Assembly (NCBI GenBank): GCA_951406725.2
Contig: OX597815.1
Coordinates: 147,622,001 to 147,686,000, forward strand
Reading direction: 5' to 3'
From: Octopus vulgaris
Lineage: Eukaryota
Length of the DNA: 64,000 bases
Below the pieces are notes generated by a model. The model was not told where the DNA came from and did not search any database. It was given only the letters and a program-made list of their open reading frames with translations. Every line of letters begins with the position of its first letter. Within the stretch, counting starts at the first letter, position 1. Below are positions 27,784 through 41,219 of the stretch, one piece after another. The translations under genes were made by a program, and so were the position numbers.

Positions 27784-28299
27784 ATTATTAGAGAATAAAT
27801 CCAAACTTACAGGGAAAAATGAGATTTAGGATTAAATCCAATTTTATAGTATAACTATATTATATTATATTATATTAAATTAGAGATAAAACCACTATTA
27901 GGCAAATCAAACAGTGAAACACATATATATATATACAACGGTGGGTGTGCACACGGTTTCCATCTACTACCAAATCCACTAATAAAGCATGGGTTAGTCT
28001 TATCCTTCCATATTTGAATGATTCGATAATGGTAAAATTACTAAATGATAGAAGTGAAGTTTACAGTAAAGTTGTTCCTCTACAGAAACTGTACGTTTAC
28101 TTGACAGGAAAAGTGAAAGAAGTAGAAGAAAACGAAGAATGCGGAGGAGGAAAGAAGGTAAGGAAAAAGGCAAAGAGAAGACACAGAAGAAGCAGAACAA
28201 GTTGAATAACGAAAGGAAGACTGATGGGATGAAGGAAAGGGATGAAGTATATGAAAAAGAAAATGACGAAGAGGATTATGATGAACAAAATGAAAAAGA

Positions 28300-28508
28300 A
28301 GATTAAGAAGAAGAAGAAGCAGAAGAAAAAGAAGCAGTGGTAGTAGTTGTAGTAGTAGTAGTAGTAGTAGTAGAAGAAGAAGAAGAAGAAGAAGAAGAAG
28401 AAGAAGAAGAAGAAGAAGAAGAAGAAGAAGAAGAAGAAGAAGAAGAAGAAGAAGAAGAAGAAGAAGAAGAAGAAGAAGAAGAAGAAGAAGAAGAAGAAGA
28501 AGAAGAAG
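28300..28508. repeat. (TAG)n and long perfect (AAG)n microsatellite
   Basis: About 45 perfect AAG units; source of the poly-E/F/S ORFs. Confidence 0.95.
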
Positions 28509-29061
28509 ACCGAAATGCTAATCTTAAGCGATGAAACAATTATATTAGTACCCAACCGATTTTTCAATGACTTTTTATTTACTTTCATCACCAATCAGTG
28601 TCTTTTTGGTGGATATGAATACTTATAGGAGACTATTTGGTCATGTATTTAAGAATTAAATACAAAAAAGTACTAACTTTGCTTTCGCTATGACAATGAG
28701 AAATAGTTTTCAATTATATTTTGTTTTACATTCGTTAAAAGCCACAATTTGAGATAGAGTGCTAGTGTTCCTGATTAACCAATCAGCAAACCTTATATTT
28801 TCTACTTTTACGGTGTAAATTTGCAATATCGGATTTGCTAATTATCGAAATTTTAAATATGTTAATTATGTGATATTCTGTTTACCATATATAATTAAGC
28901 ATTCCTGATATATCCGTTCTTCATGTAAATCAAAAATCCTGGTAAACCGGCAGCCTAATATTTAAACGATTCCTACATTCTTCCAGCATACTATTCTGAT
29001 TCTTTCAGTATTGTCGAATATCTTAATAAAACGAACATGAACACTTGCATCGTTTGTTGTA

Positions 29062-29624
29062 CAGGGTGTTCAAAACGTCTCGCCGCAGTAAGTATTTTAT
29101 TGCTAAATACATATTTATAAGATGGTATAAGACTACAAAAGGATATATTAGACTTTACAAGACTTTAACAAACTGTATTAGAGGTGTTGAAAATGTCGTC
29201 CTTCATTTTCAGTACATGAGTTGACTTTTCTACACATCTTTTGAGATATATCTTGGAGAGTCTGACGCGTTATGGGACGTGTGAAGGTTATGACTGCGTC
29301 CTTTAGCTCATTAATGATTTTCGGGCGATTCTTGTACACTGATCATTTATTTGCTCCCCAGAAAAAATGCCTGGCGGTGTTAAATCAGGTGGTCTTGGTG
29401 GCCAAAGTTCCTTCGAAATAATCTGTTAGCTGAAAAAATTTTGAAGTTGCTCCATGGTGATACGCGAAGTATGTGCTGTAGCTCCATCTTGCTGAAAGTA
29501 TGCATTATTAATTTCACTTTCAGTGAGTTGGCCTAGAAATGGATAGACAATATTTGAACAGTATCTCTCGGTGTTGATGGTGTCTTCAAAAAATTCGCTG
29601 CGGAGAGACTTCTTGAACACTCTG
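29062..29624 (-). mobile_element. Internally deleted Tc1-like DNA transposon with both TIRs
   Basis: TIRs cagggtgttcaaaacgtctcgccgcag and ctgcggagagacttcttgaacactctg; TA at the left end. Minus strand: FFEDTINTERY...YFQQDGATAHT...LWPPRPPDLTP...VYKNRP...EGRHFQHL. Confidence 0.9.
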
Positions 29625-29830
29625 TGTTTTGTTTATACAATTCCTAATAATATTTGATATAAACTAAAACAAGATTTTTTAAAGCATTGAATGACTGTGA
29701 GGGTCTAGTAAATTGATATAGGAATCAGAGGAGTCCATAGGAGAAAAAAGGCTGAGAAATGCTGATATCAGATGTTAGGTTATTAGCTTTGTAAGAAATA
29801 GATTTGGTTTCTTCTGATGTTTGTGTTAAT

Positions 29831-30162
29831 CCATCTTACTGAAAGTATGCATTATTAATTTCACTTTTAGTGAGTTGGCCTACAAGTGGAAAGACACCTT
29901 TCGAGCATTATTTACAGTATTTACATTTGATAAATATATGTCCTCATCTTGTTTGTTGTTAAAACCACGTTTCGGCTGACATACCCTCCAACCGAAACGT
30001 TGTGTTAACAACAAAGAAGATGAGGACAAATTTCCGTCAAATGTAAATAATGTACATAATTCCTCACCTATTAAATACAGAACTATAATATTTTAGCATT
30101 ATCTCTCGGTGTTGATGCTGTCTTCGAAATATTCTCTATAGAGACACTTTTTGAACAACCTG
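29831..30162 (-). mobile_element. Second partial copy of the same Tc1-like element, interrupted by a fold-back insertion
   Basis: ccatcttactgaaagtatgcattattaatttcac matches 29483-29520; resumes tctctcggtgttgatg and ends ttgaacaacctg-TA. Confidence 0.8.
29912..30094 (+). mobile_element. Truncated fold-back copy of the 4022-4495 family
   Basis: Inverted arms around ataccctcc; 3' end tacataattcctcacctattaaatacagaact as at 4461-4492; agcattat duplicated at 29904-29911 and 30095-30102. Confidence 0.8.
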
Positions 30163-32844
30163 TATCTTAGTAAAATAAGGGAGAGCAGTGAAATTGGCTT
30201 TGGCTTCAAGTAGTTGTTTTTTTATTGTACTCATTATTCTGTGATATATGCTTTCAAAGTCCAATATCTTCTGTTTAAGGTGATACAGTGAGACAATATA
30301 TGTTCTCTAATATATTTATTTAACAATCATTTCTCGAATCTGTACGCTGTTTGAGATAAGTGTTTCTTCCATGTACGTCTGCTATTATTCTGAATCTGTG
30401 CATTTGGGTTCTACGAGAGCATATCAATGAATGGCAGTGGGAAATTTCTTTTTTGTTTTCAGGTAAATTGAATTGTCTTACGTAGTTATATAATGCGTTA
30501 CTCAATAGGTACAACTTTGTGTTGCTCAGCTACGAAAGCATATATATTAAGATAGGTGTGGGTTCAAGCGTTGCACTCTCTAGATGCAATAATTCATTTT
30601 CAATGATCTATTCTTACTGATAATCGTGAAGACCACTCTCAACCAAAATTTTGAACGCGGCTACTCTTAAATATATTTTGAGTCCCCGATTGATTATGGA
30701 AATATTACTTTCTCTTATCTTGATTTTCAAATGACAATACCACATATAGTCGAAGTATTTGAAGAGTAGCACTATAGTCGTTTGTCGAGGTAAAACTGTT
30801 GACTTGTTCTCTTACGTCTGCTGAATTATTTATGAATATATATACTTTTCCATTATGTTGGTGTACCGAAAATATGTTAAACGAAATGCAATTTATCATG
30901 TGGTAAATGAGTGGACACTATAATAGCTATTTGGTGATTATACACACAGTGAAGAAGTTCCTCATTAATAAAGAATTCATCAGGTTTCAGAGAACAAACC
31001 TCTACTTTTCCCGACAAAATTATATAACATTGCTACTGGTCAGATGAAGACTAATAACTCTAAATAGCTAATGTTGATCGTGTGAAACATATAGACATAC
31101 AGGGTGCGTCAGAAATATACACCACATTTGAAAGGTTGACAAAAGAATAAAGAAACAACATTTATGAAAAATTAATTTAATTTTTTTTTAAACAAAGGGA
31201 AACAGGTTTTGTTCATCAGCAAAATTAAAACATCATTGGCACATGCATAATTCCATTTAGCAACACATACATTTGAAGTTGAAAACGAAAAGAAAAGCGA
31301 ACATATTATGTAGGTTTATGCACAAATGTATGTCATTCAAAGCTGCTTTGCACATCTAGTTAATTTCAGCTTGACCACACTTTGTATATATCAACAAACA
31401 ATTTAATTGCTTTACGTATATATAACAAAAAAAACATTTTACTTAGGGCTGTGAACGATTGGTTTAATATTCAAAGATGATGTACGGTAATATTGATGTC
31501 ATCAGTTACCAGATGATGCGTTTTCGCATATTATTAACTATGGGAAAGAAATTCACCCGAGGTTATATCCACTTTGAAATACCTTACCACGCCTGAGTGT
31601 ACATCAACATAGTGAATATAGTTGTACATGCACGTATATATATTTTTACGTCCTATATAAATTATTTGGAGCTTCGTACCTGAAATTATAACATGATCAA
31701 GGAAAATACCATTATAACCAGAGTTGTATGTTCCTGTTTTATTATATATTCGATATACCTGGTTTTACTATATTAACATGAATATTTAGTAGGCAATATA
31801 GTATTTCTTTCAACAAACATATAAAAGCAAAAACCACCGCAGCTATTGTTCCAAGAATATCCATAAAAGTAAATAATAATGAAACCGACGAGAATGAAAG
31901 AACGCTATTAAAAAAAAAAACCAAAAAAAAAACATACTATATTATTCATCGAAATGCAAATGTGTACCATAAAAGCAAACCAACGTTAATGAAATATATT
32001 AGGAGTTCTATAGCTGGCAATCGATGTTTGCATACGCAGATTGAAAGTAAAAAAAAACACACTCACACAGGAAAGGGAAATTATAATGATGTTTGTAATT
32101 AGCGAAAACTCTTTCGTTTCGTTTAATCATAATATGATTAGCTAAGACAGAAGAAACATTGCTTTAGAAAATAATTATGTGTAAACATTATTGAACAGGA
32201 TATAATGATTTATTTTATAGATGTGCTCATATTTTTAGTAAGCTTCACTAAAGAATATAACAAACGACGCTGCATCAATTTTCATAGAAAACTGAGGGAA
32301 CTGAAATGACAAATATAGAATTTTGTTATTTATTCCAGTTTTATCAATTATAAAAGCAACAGCATTTATATTCCTAAATGAAGTATATATGAATATAAAA
32401 TTTGTTGTGCAATACATGCATTCATAGAATCGTGTGGTTATCACAGAAAGCTCCTCTTACAGACTCGGTTAACAATCACAGAGTAATCCAATATAGGGGA
32501 GAATAATGCAGAGTACCCTGTAGCTTAAATCCAAGACATCCCATTGATGAAATTACTTCATGATGAATTATACACCTTAAAAATGTCAGAAGGTATGGGA
32601 GGTGAATACATTTAGTTAACCACTTGTCACCGTTCGGATTACTGTTGCTCTGCAACATTCTTCGTGTAATGATAAATTCAGTGTATAATTAAATTATGCT
32701 TACATGTCTGCACTAATATATATGTCATGCCGTATAAAATACTGTTGTATATTCACAAATACAGATAAGGAAATCTAGCTCATCAGATCACGGGAACATC
32801 ATGGACACACCAATGGCTCATCTCTAAATATTTTCATTTCTCAT

Positions 32845-33233
32845 CTTTTACTTGTTACAGCTATTAAACTGCGGCCATACTGGAGCATCACAGTGAAGAA
32901 ATTTTGTTGAAAGAATCGACCCCAAATTTTATTTCATTTTTAAGTCTTGTACTTATGTTTTCGGTTTCATTGCCGAACCGCTACGTGACGGGGACCTACA
33001 CACATCAGTTCATCAGTTGCCAATAGGGGGTGGGTGAGAAAACACAGACACAAAGACGCACTCATAAATACGCAAAAGCATGCACACATACACACATATA
33101 TAGGACGGACTTTCAGATTCCGTTTACCAAATCCACTCACAAAGACACACGCCCAAGGTGCCAGGCAGTAAGATTGATTCCGGAACCATATAGTTGTGAA
33201 GCAAACTTCCTACCACTCAGCCATGCTTGCGCC
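32845..33233 (-). mobile_element. Family C SINE
   Basis: Homologous to 8496-8905 over its length. Confidence 0.8.
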
Positions 33234-33329
33234 TACATATAGGAGGCAGAGCGTATTCATTCACCTGATGTCTGTCTCAGGACAAAGACAAAACCTTGTA
33301 TTATTTTTTTAGATAAATTGCACAAATTT

Positions 33330-34110
33330 GTTTCAGTTTGTCTTCATAACCCATTATCTCAATTCCACTCGATGGACCCGCTTTGGCCTGAAGGACGTCC
33401 TCTAGGCAACCGTATAACAGACCAAACCGTCCCTCATTGTCTACTGTTTATGCTCCGAATGCCCTAGTTATCCTGGCCCTCTGCATGTCCTTCGTGATGC
33501 GGATGATTTGGTTGGCCTCCCGTTCCAGCGTCCCCACAGAAAGCCTAGGGTTCATAATATCAAGAAAGTCAGGTGAGTTGGATGGCAAAATGTCAGGTGC
33601 TGTGCAATCGAACAAATTCTCCGACCGTCAGGCTTGGGTCTTCCGGTTGAAGTAGCAGAGAGCAGAGAGTCTTGCTGCCAAAGAGACAGCCTAATTGCAG
33701 TTTCCCGGTCGATTCAAACTTTTACCACCTCACTCAGAACACGGATGTGGGGAGGCATGATGTCACATTCACTGTTGACGACACCTAAGGCCATGGTTGT
33801 CACTAAAAATTTCGTCTGCATGTGATTAAGCGCGTTCTTGGATGGGACAGTGAGCCACCTGTTGTTCTGGCAGTTAATCGTCTGGCTTTCGCAAATGTTT
33901 TTCTATGTCGTAGAAGAAGCACAAAATGTTTGGCTCCAACGAATATTTCGACTTATTAATTTGCTTCTTGATATGTTTGTTTCGCTTTGTTTGCATCGCC
34001 TGGAACAAAAATATCTGTCATTTTGAATGATGAGTGGCCAATGACCTCATGCATCACCAGCCTGATGAACCTTTCTTCCACAGCTTCATCCCGTGTAGTG
34101 GCATGTATAG
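33330..34110 (-). pseudogene. Decayed maT/DD37D (Bmmar1-like) transposase
   Basis: Minus strand fragments FFYD..., NCQNNRWL, MQTKFLVTTMALGVVNSECDIMPPHI, WQQDS, NRKTQA*RSENLFDCTAPDILPSNSPD, VGTLEREAN, LEDVLQAKAG. Confidence 0.8.
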
Positions 34111-35835
34111 ACTTGCTGGGATTATTGTTGGTAATATCGAGGATATTTCAGCGACTAGTTTGACGTTCTGATAGTGTCAAATCGAGTATCATGGGGTTCC
34201 TTCTTTGTTATCGCCTCATAGTCGAATCCTGAATCTTGCAGCTCATTTCTGACATTTTCCCATAAACCTTCTAGTGAAGCTTGAAAAGTTTGAAATCTTT
34301 TTGTTTGTCCTTCTGGCGCGGAATTCAAGGAGGAATCCATGCCTCTTCAACCAGTCGGAGTATTTACATCGTTCTATAGTGAACTATACAGTGAGAAAAG
34401 TTAAGCAAAAATAGTGTTCTGTGTCTGTAAAATAGAAAAAAAAAGACCGAAAACGAAATTATAATTATAATATTACGAGGGAATACCGTCTTCACTCTGT
34501 AAATGCTATGTATGGAGGGCTGCGACTAGATAAAATTTGTTTTGAATAGCTAGTGATTCGGGATTTTTGGAAGGGAAAAGGTTCACAAACATTTGTCGTA
34601 TATGGCATTTTGTGAAATATTTAACGTGTTAGCTGCCAAATTTCTTATTCCTATTTTTTTGGCATTGCCAGGTGTCTTAGGAATCAAAATAACATATAGT
34701 ATCAAAATTTTCTTCATATGTGAATTTTGGAAATTATGATAATTTTTTTCAAAAGTCACAAATGGGGATCACTGAAAAAAAAAAACACATTTATTATTTT
34801 CTATTCAATTGCAATAACAAACATTTTAGTATTTTTTGTGAAACTATAGTATCAAATGCAAATGTACATGGAATATCAATGAATGAGATAAATGGAAAAT
34901 GCAAAAGAAAGAAATATTTTTCAAAAGAGTCAATGTTCTGTAGTTCAAAAATGTTGATTCATGACATGAAATGCCCTATAGAACTAGCCAGAACTAATAA
35001 GGACAATACAATTTTAAACTTCTCAATATTGTTAAACACGTCTCTGAAAATGCAATGTACATAAGCAATACAGCGAACAACCAGCTATGAGATCGTTTTC
35101 AGCAGACCTTCAAATGAGGCTCATGGCAGGCAATAGGTTAAAATTCATAAAAATCTAATTGCACTACGATGGGAAATTGAGTACACTATTGTACTATGTT
35201 TAAACGGTTTGCTTTGGAGTTACGGAAATACATGATTAGCATGTTTGTTGTGAATCTGATGTGTTTACAGTGATGCACCAGTATATACCCACATCAATGT
35301 GGCGTGCTAAAAGAATCGTTAGCACACCGACTATAATGCGTAGCAGCGTTTCGTCAGTCATTGCGTTCTGGATCCAAATGCTGCAGGAGATGACTTTACC
35401 TCACGCCACACAGAGCTGTGGGGTTGAAATATAAATCAGTAGAGCATCGGGGTCGATTAAATCGATATGCCCTTTCCAAGTAATTTTTAATCAGTTCAAA
35501 AATGTATTCAATTACGATGTTTCTTAATTTGTCTACTCACCCGAAAGCCCTGGATATGCGAGGAGTAATTATTTCCACTTGAAATGTATGTCAAAGAAAC
35601 AAACAGTAGATTTGAGAGGTGAACAATGATTTATTATTTCCATATAATTACAGATGTTACGTAATAAACTGCATGAAATATTATTAATTTCAAATTTCCA
35701 AATTATATACAGGCATTATAGATCAGTAAGCATATTGATAAACAAATACGAAAAATATTTGAAATACAATATATAAAAATAACATTACAAGGAGAAATTC
35801 ACGAAACAAGAATCCTAAGATAAAAAAAAATAAAG

Positions 35836-35868
35836 ATGTCGGTGGGACAAACAAACATATATACACAC

Positions 35869-35922
<54 letters not shown>

Positions 35923-36081
35923 GACAGGCTTCTTTTAGCTTCCCTCTACCAAATGAACTCACAAGGCTTTGGTCGGCCCGAGGTTATAGTAAAAGACACG
36001 TGCCCAAGGTGCCACGCAGGGGGACTGAAACCGGAGCAATGTGGTTCGTAATCAACTACTTACGACACAGTCATACCTTCA

Positions 36082-36083
<2 letters not shown>
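35836..36083 (-). mobile_element. Family C SINE, 5' half
   Basis: cgacaggcttc...ggtcggcccgaggttatagtaaaagacacgtgcccaaggtgccacgcagggggactgaaacc. Confidence 0.8.
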
Positions 36084-36144
<61 letters not shown>

Positions 36145-36496
36145 GCATATACATATATGTATATATCAACATATATATACATACATATACATATATATAT
36201 ATATATATATCTATCTATCTATCTCTCTATATATACATATACAAAAGCAATTTCAGTGTAAATTACGTGAGGCAGCTATGAATAATGTAATAACAAAATT
36301 GGTTTCTAGATGTAATATATTAATTAATAAATCTTACTTAATACTTATTAATTAATTTCATTAAGAGATTGCTAGCTGTATGCATTCGTGCAGGCATTTG
36401 CGTATAAACATTATATGTATATATGTAAATCTATATATAAATATGCATGTATATATACATATATATATATGTATATATTATATACATATATATCCT

Positions 36497-36560
<64 letters not shown>

Positions 36561-36565
<5 letters not shown>

Positions 36566-37306
36566 AAAATATCAGATAAAAATGCACTGCGAATAGTTCA
36601 AATATTTTTTATTTATATATTTGAAGCCTCTGCATTCGCGACTGATGCCTGGGCGGTTGCACAGCGGCTGCGGCATCACATGTGGAGCGGTGGTGGTCAG
36701 GTTCCCGGCGGAGTCACGCCGCCGTGCGTGGGCCTGTATGTTGGCGAGCGGAGAAGCTTTAAATATATGATGGAAAATATTTTAACTCTTCTCAGTGCAT
36801 TTTCAACTTCTATTTTCCTATTAAGATTTTTTGTTCTATATATATGTACACATTTTTTTACTCTTTTACTCTGCGGTCAAGATGGAGCACTACCGTCGTC
36901 TTTCATGACATCCTCACACTGGTGTGTTTCACATAACCACACTTGTATATGCCTTTGTTCCAGCTGTTGGCCCATTTGTGGTATGAGATTGTTTTTGTCT
37001 GCCCTGGTCTCTTCTGCACATCATGCCAGGCTGTTGGTTCATCAATTATTGTGGGGAAGAGGCTGTCACGTGGATATCCCGTATGAATCAAGTCCTATTC
37101 AAAATGTATACAAATTTGATCCATGAACTCTCTATAAAAACGGGGCAAGCTTCAAACACTAGCCAGAAGCAAGACATCCCCGACATAAACTTGATCTTTC
37201 TATTTGAAATCTTTTGAAAATCAGTGTAAATTGTGGAAATGGTTAAAGCTTTAAATATATTAATAAAAAATATTTTAACTATTCCTCGTGCATTTTAACT
37301 TCTATT
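36561..37306. mobile_element. Element with an inverted arm and a 492 bp-period terminal repeat
   Basis: 36561-36627 is the approximate reverse complement of 36756-36820, and 36754-36815 recurs directly at 37246-37306. TA tracts on both sides. Confidence 0.65.
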
Positions 37307-37340
37307 ATATGTATATTTATATATGTATGTATGTATCTAT

Positions 37341-37408
<68 letters not shown>

Positions 37409-37452
37409 GTGTATCAAATGAAGTAAATGATAATCAGGACGCAAAGGATTTT

Positions 37453-37545
37453 GCGGTACATATGTTTCGGGCTTTATTGAACAACTTATTCTTATATCAA
37501 TGCATAATTGATATAACAGATATATCTAAAGCCTTCTTCAGTCGC
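37453..37545 (-). ncRNA. Type I hammerhead ribozyme motif with a long stem II
   Basis: Minus strand: GCGA CUGAAGA AGGCUUUA-(about 50 nt incl. hairpin uaucaau/auugaua)-UAAAGCCC GAAAC AUAU GUA CCGC. Confidence 0.7.
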
Positions 37546-37898
37546 GTACAATTGCCACACCAAAGACTTGTTACACATTATAGCAGGTTTGAGGAAAAGG
37601 TTGAGAAAAAATCGAGTTTCTTTGAGAAAGTAAAGCCTCATAGGCGTACATGGTGTTGCTAGACTCCAAAACAAATCGTCCATACCGTTTTTTCAGTCGA
37701 TATATAATGAATACTGGGTAGATTACTTCATATAATGGAAGGACTTGGATGTTGAGAGAAAGAGGAAAGGGATGGAAAGGGGTGAAACTTTAATGAAGTT
37801 GGGATCACAAAAATAAAAAATATATATAGATTTAAACAATATAAAGGATAATAATAAATATAAAATATAATATATAATATATATATAAATAATATATA

Positions 37899-37954
<56 letters not shown>

Positions 37955-38185
37955 TTATACATAAATATGTTTGTATGGAAAGAGATTCTTCTTTCCTAGC
38001 GATAAATTTTTCCAAGCGTACGCCACTTTACCTCAATATCGATTAACGATATTGGAAACTCTACATGTGTATACGTACTGGTGTTTATCGTTCGTTCGTC
38101 GATATTAGTACCTTATACTGTTGAAATTCCAGTTGTCGCAATACAGGTTTCCATCGTTTTCGATATAGGAGATTTTTTTGTTCAT

Positions 38186-38234
<49 letters not shown>

Positions 38235-38254
38235 TATACAATAGATACCAAATT

Positions 38255-38300
<46 letters not shown>

Positions 38301-38796
38301 TAGATACAAACACATACACGTATGAAAACATGATGCCATTTATTTTAATACTATTTTCAAGCAATGGACATTACAAGAACCTGCTTTGCTAATTTGCATG
38401 TTGCACTAATTTACACGTAATAAATCTGTATCATGTTTGAGAAGCAGAGTATGAAATTCCATTAAATAAATATTAATGGATATGAAATGTATTTGAATAC
38501 CAATCTTTTACGTTTAAAATATCATAAATTCTATATGAATATACGAAAAAAAGAACACCTTTAATTTGTTGCAATGTGATATATATTATCGTACGAAAAA
38601 TATACAGCTCTAAATAATTTGCTTTCCTTGTTGATATAGGTATATGATGAATTATTAAAATGGCATTTATTATTTTATATGCTCTTATTACTCTGGTAAT
38701 ATTCCACAACTTCCTGATACACATTTACATAGTAATATGGAGGCTATTAAAAGATGACATTTCTAATGTATGCATATACATGCACATATATACTTG

Positions 38797-38862
<66 letters not shown>

Positions 38863-39046
38863 CACACACACACACGCATATATATATTTATAAATATGCA
38901 TGTGTGCGTGTGTGTGTGTATACATATCGATACATACATATGATTATTTGTGCATATATGTCTATAAACATGTATATACAGAAATACCAGCATATATATA
39001 TGTACATATATACATATATATGTATATATATATGTGTGTGTGTGTA

Positions 39047-39084
<38 letters not shown>

Positions 39085-39545
39085 AATGCAACAAAAACGT
39101 AATCGAGTGCATTAAAACGTTCGGAGAGATTGATGACGCAAACGCGGACAATAGAAACAACAATGAGAAGGACAGGCAAAAAAGACAGGTCATTCTTGGC
39201 TTTCTTTCTTCAGTCAAGTACTAGAAGTCACGAACATTTCGGACAGATAAAAATGAGATGGTTCGATCTGGTCCCCCCCGCCCCAAAAGTCTAAGCTAAG
39301 AGCATTGGACCCTTCTGTAAGAAAGCTCACGAATGTGTACGGCAACAAATGCAAAAACACAAACAAGCAAAAAACGGAAGCATATGTGTATTTCAAAAGT
39401 GAAACATATGGATTTCCAAAATCGTGTGTGTATCACGCAAAGCTCCTTTAGCGAGCACAGCGAAGAATCACATAGTGATCTAAAACAGCAAAGTATAATT
39501 CATTGTTGAGGAACGACTATAACCATTCGGGCGTGATCATGTATA

Positions 39546-39656
39546 TATACACTGAGGGAAAGCCACCAAGTGGTTTACCCATCGCGCTAGAAACTGGATT
39601 TGACTCCCGTATGTAGCGTGATGAGAAACCACTTAGTGCCTTTCCCTCTGTGTATA
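39546..39656. repeat. Fold-back inverted repeat (about 44 bp arms)
   Basis: tatacactgagggaaagccaccaagtggtttacccatcgcgcta versus tagcgtgatgagaaaccacttagtgcctttccctctgtgtata. Confidence 0.8.
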
Positions 39657-39685
39657 ACTCTTATACACACATATAATTATTATTT

Positions 39686-39756
<71 letters not shown>

Positions 39757-41219
39757 TTCCTATATATAAACATGATGATGTGTGACTAATACATCTGCAG
39801 ATTTCCACGCAACCAGTAATTGAGTTCTTAATTATTTAGTTAATTAATTAATTAAATAATTGATTAACTACACGTGTCATTATAAATAAATCTTTTTTAG
39901 GCTCTGCACTGTAAATTAATGTTTCAATCAACTGAAATTTTACGAAAAGATGTAAATTGAGTTTTCTTGTTCTTTTCACATTCACGATCCCAAAACATAT
40001 GTTTCTGCACTCGTCTACCCTTCGATTTAATCAGCGATTGATTGAATAGTTACTCAGTTCCTCTCACCAGCGTGGCTGCCTCCTTGTAACGCATCCATAC
40101 TCTCTCTCTAGCTTGTTCGCACGCACACACACCTAATTAGCCCCCGTGATACATACTCTCTTTCTCTCCCTGTATATCTCTCTTTTGAATATGTGTGTAT
40201 ATGGGAATATGTCTATAAAACGATTAAATACGTATAGTCAAAGACACATAGTTCCCGCTTCCCTATCCCAACTAATACCTCTTCTACCTGTGCTAGTATA
40301 GATCAATACTACTTGCACCTCTGTTTCTTCCTCTCTCCCTATCTCCCCCTATCTCAATCTTTCTTTAAATATTTAAAGGAGGGAAACGGCAGGCTAAGGA
40401 TGTATCGAAATTGGGTCACTGCAGAACTGAAACTTTTATTGAGAGGGTGATAATGGGCCGATGGAAACAATCCAAATAATCTTATAATGACAGCTCTAAA
40501 GCGTAATGGCTATATAAGGAGCATAGCTCACATAGAGCGAAATAAACAAGAATGTATCTGCTCCTATGATCTAATCATACCTCACATTAGCACACTGGAC
40601 ACCATCTTTGCACAGAAATAAAGAGATGATAAGGCTAGAGGCTCTGACATGAGTGGCAGATGTTACCTTGGCTCTTCTGATCCGGAAGGGAACACACCTG
40701 AAGCGAAAACCAAGATTGAGAGATCTGCTAAAGAAGAAAGCACCAGTACTGATGGTCCTACAACCACTTCCAATATCAAGACCAAAAATATGAAAGAGTT
40801 AATAAAAGGCTAAAAATTAAAGATAAAGCGAAACGTGACGACTGATAGGATGGAGATATTGTTGTGAACCGCTGCTTCTTCCATACCAAACCATATAACA
40901 GACAGATCAAAAGCTAAAACCTTCCGCCAAAAGAGAAAGAAGACTGTACAGGGAAAAAAAGTAACGTACCACACGTATTAAAACTGAAATACGCCGATGT
41001 ACAATGCACTGCCTGCAAAAAAGCCCCACCCCTATCCACAGTCCATAATACAGGATGTAGCACATCAAAAATAACTTTTACGTATGGCTGAATAGAGTGT
41101 GAAATATCTAAACTCGCTTCATCAATTGCAGGGTTGAATCCATCCCCACTAACATCCAAGACCACACCTTTCAATCAAGGGTATCCATCACTGGCATCAG
41201 CACAGAGGTCACACCGGTA

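Noticed and set aside
36380-37126. 248 aa ORF as a gene
   Set aside because: Starts in a (TA)n tract giving YI repeats, runs through a repeat element, and has no recognisable domain.
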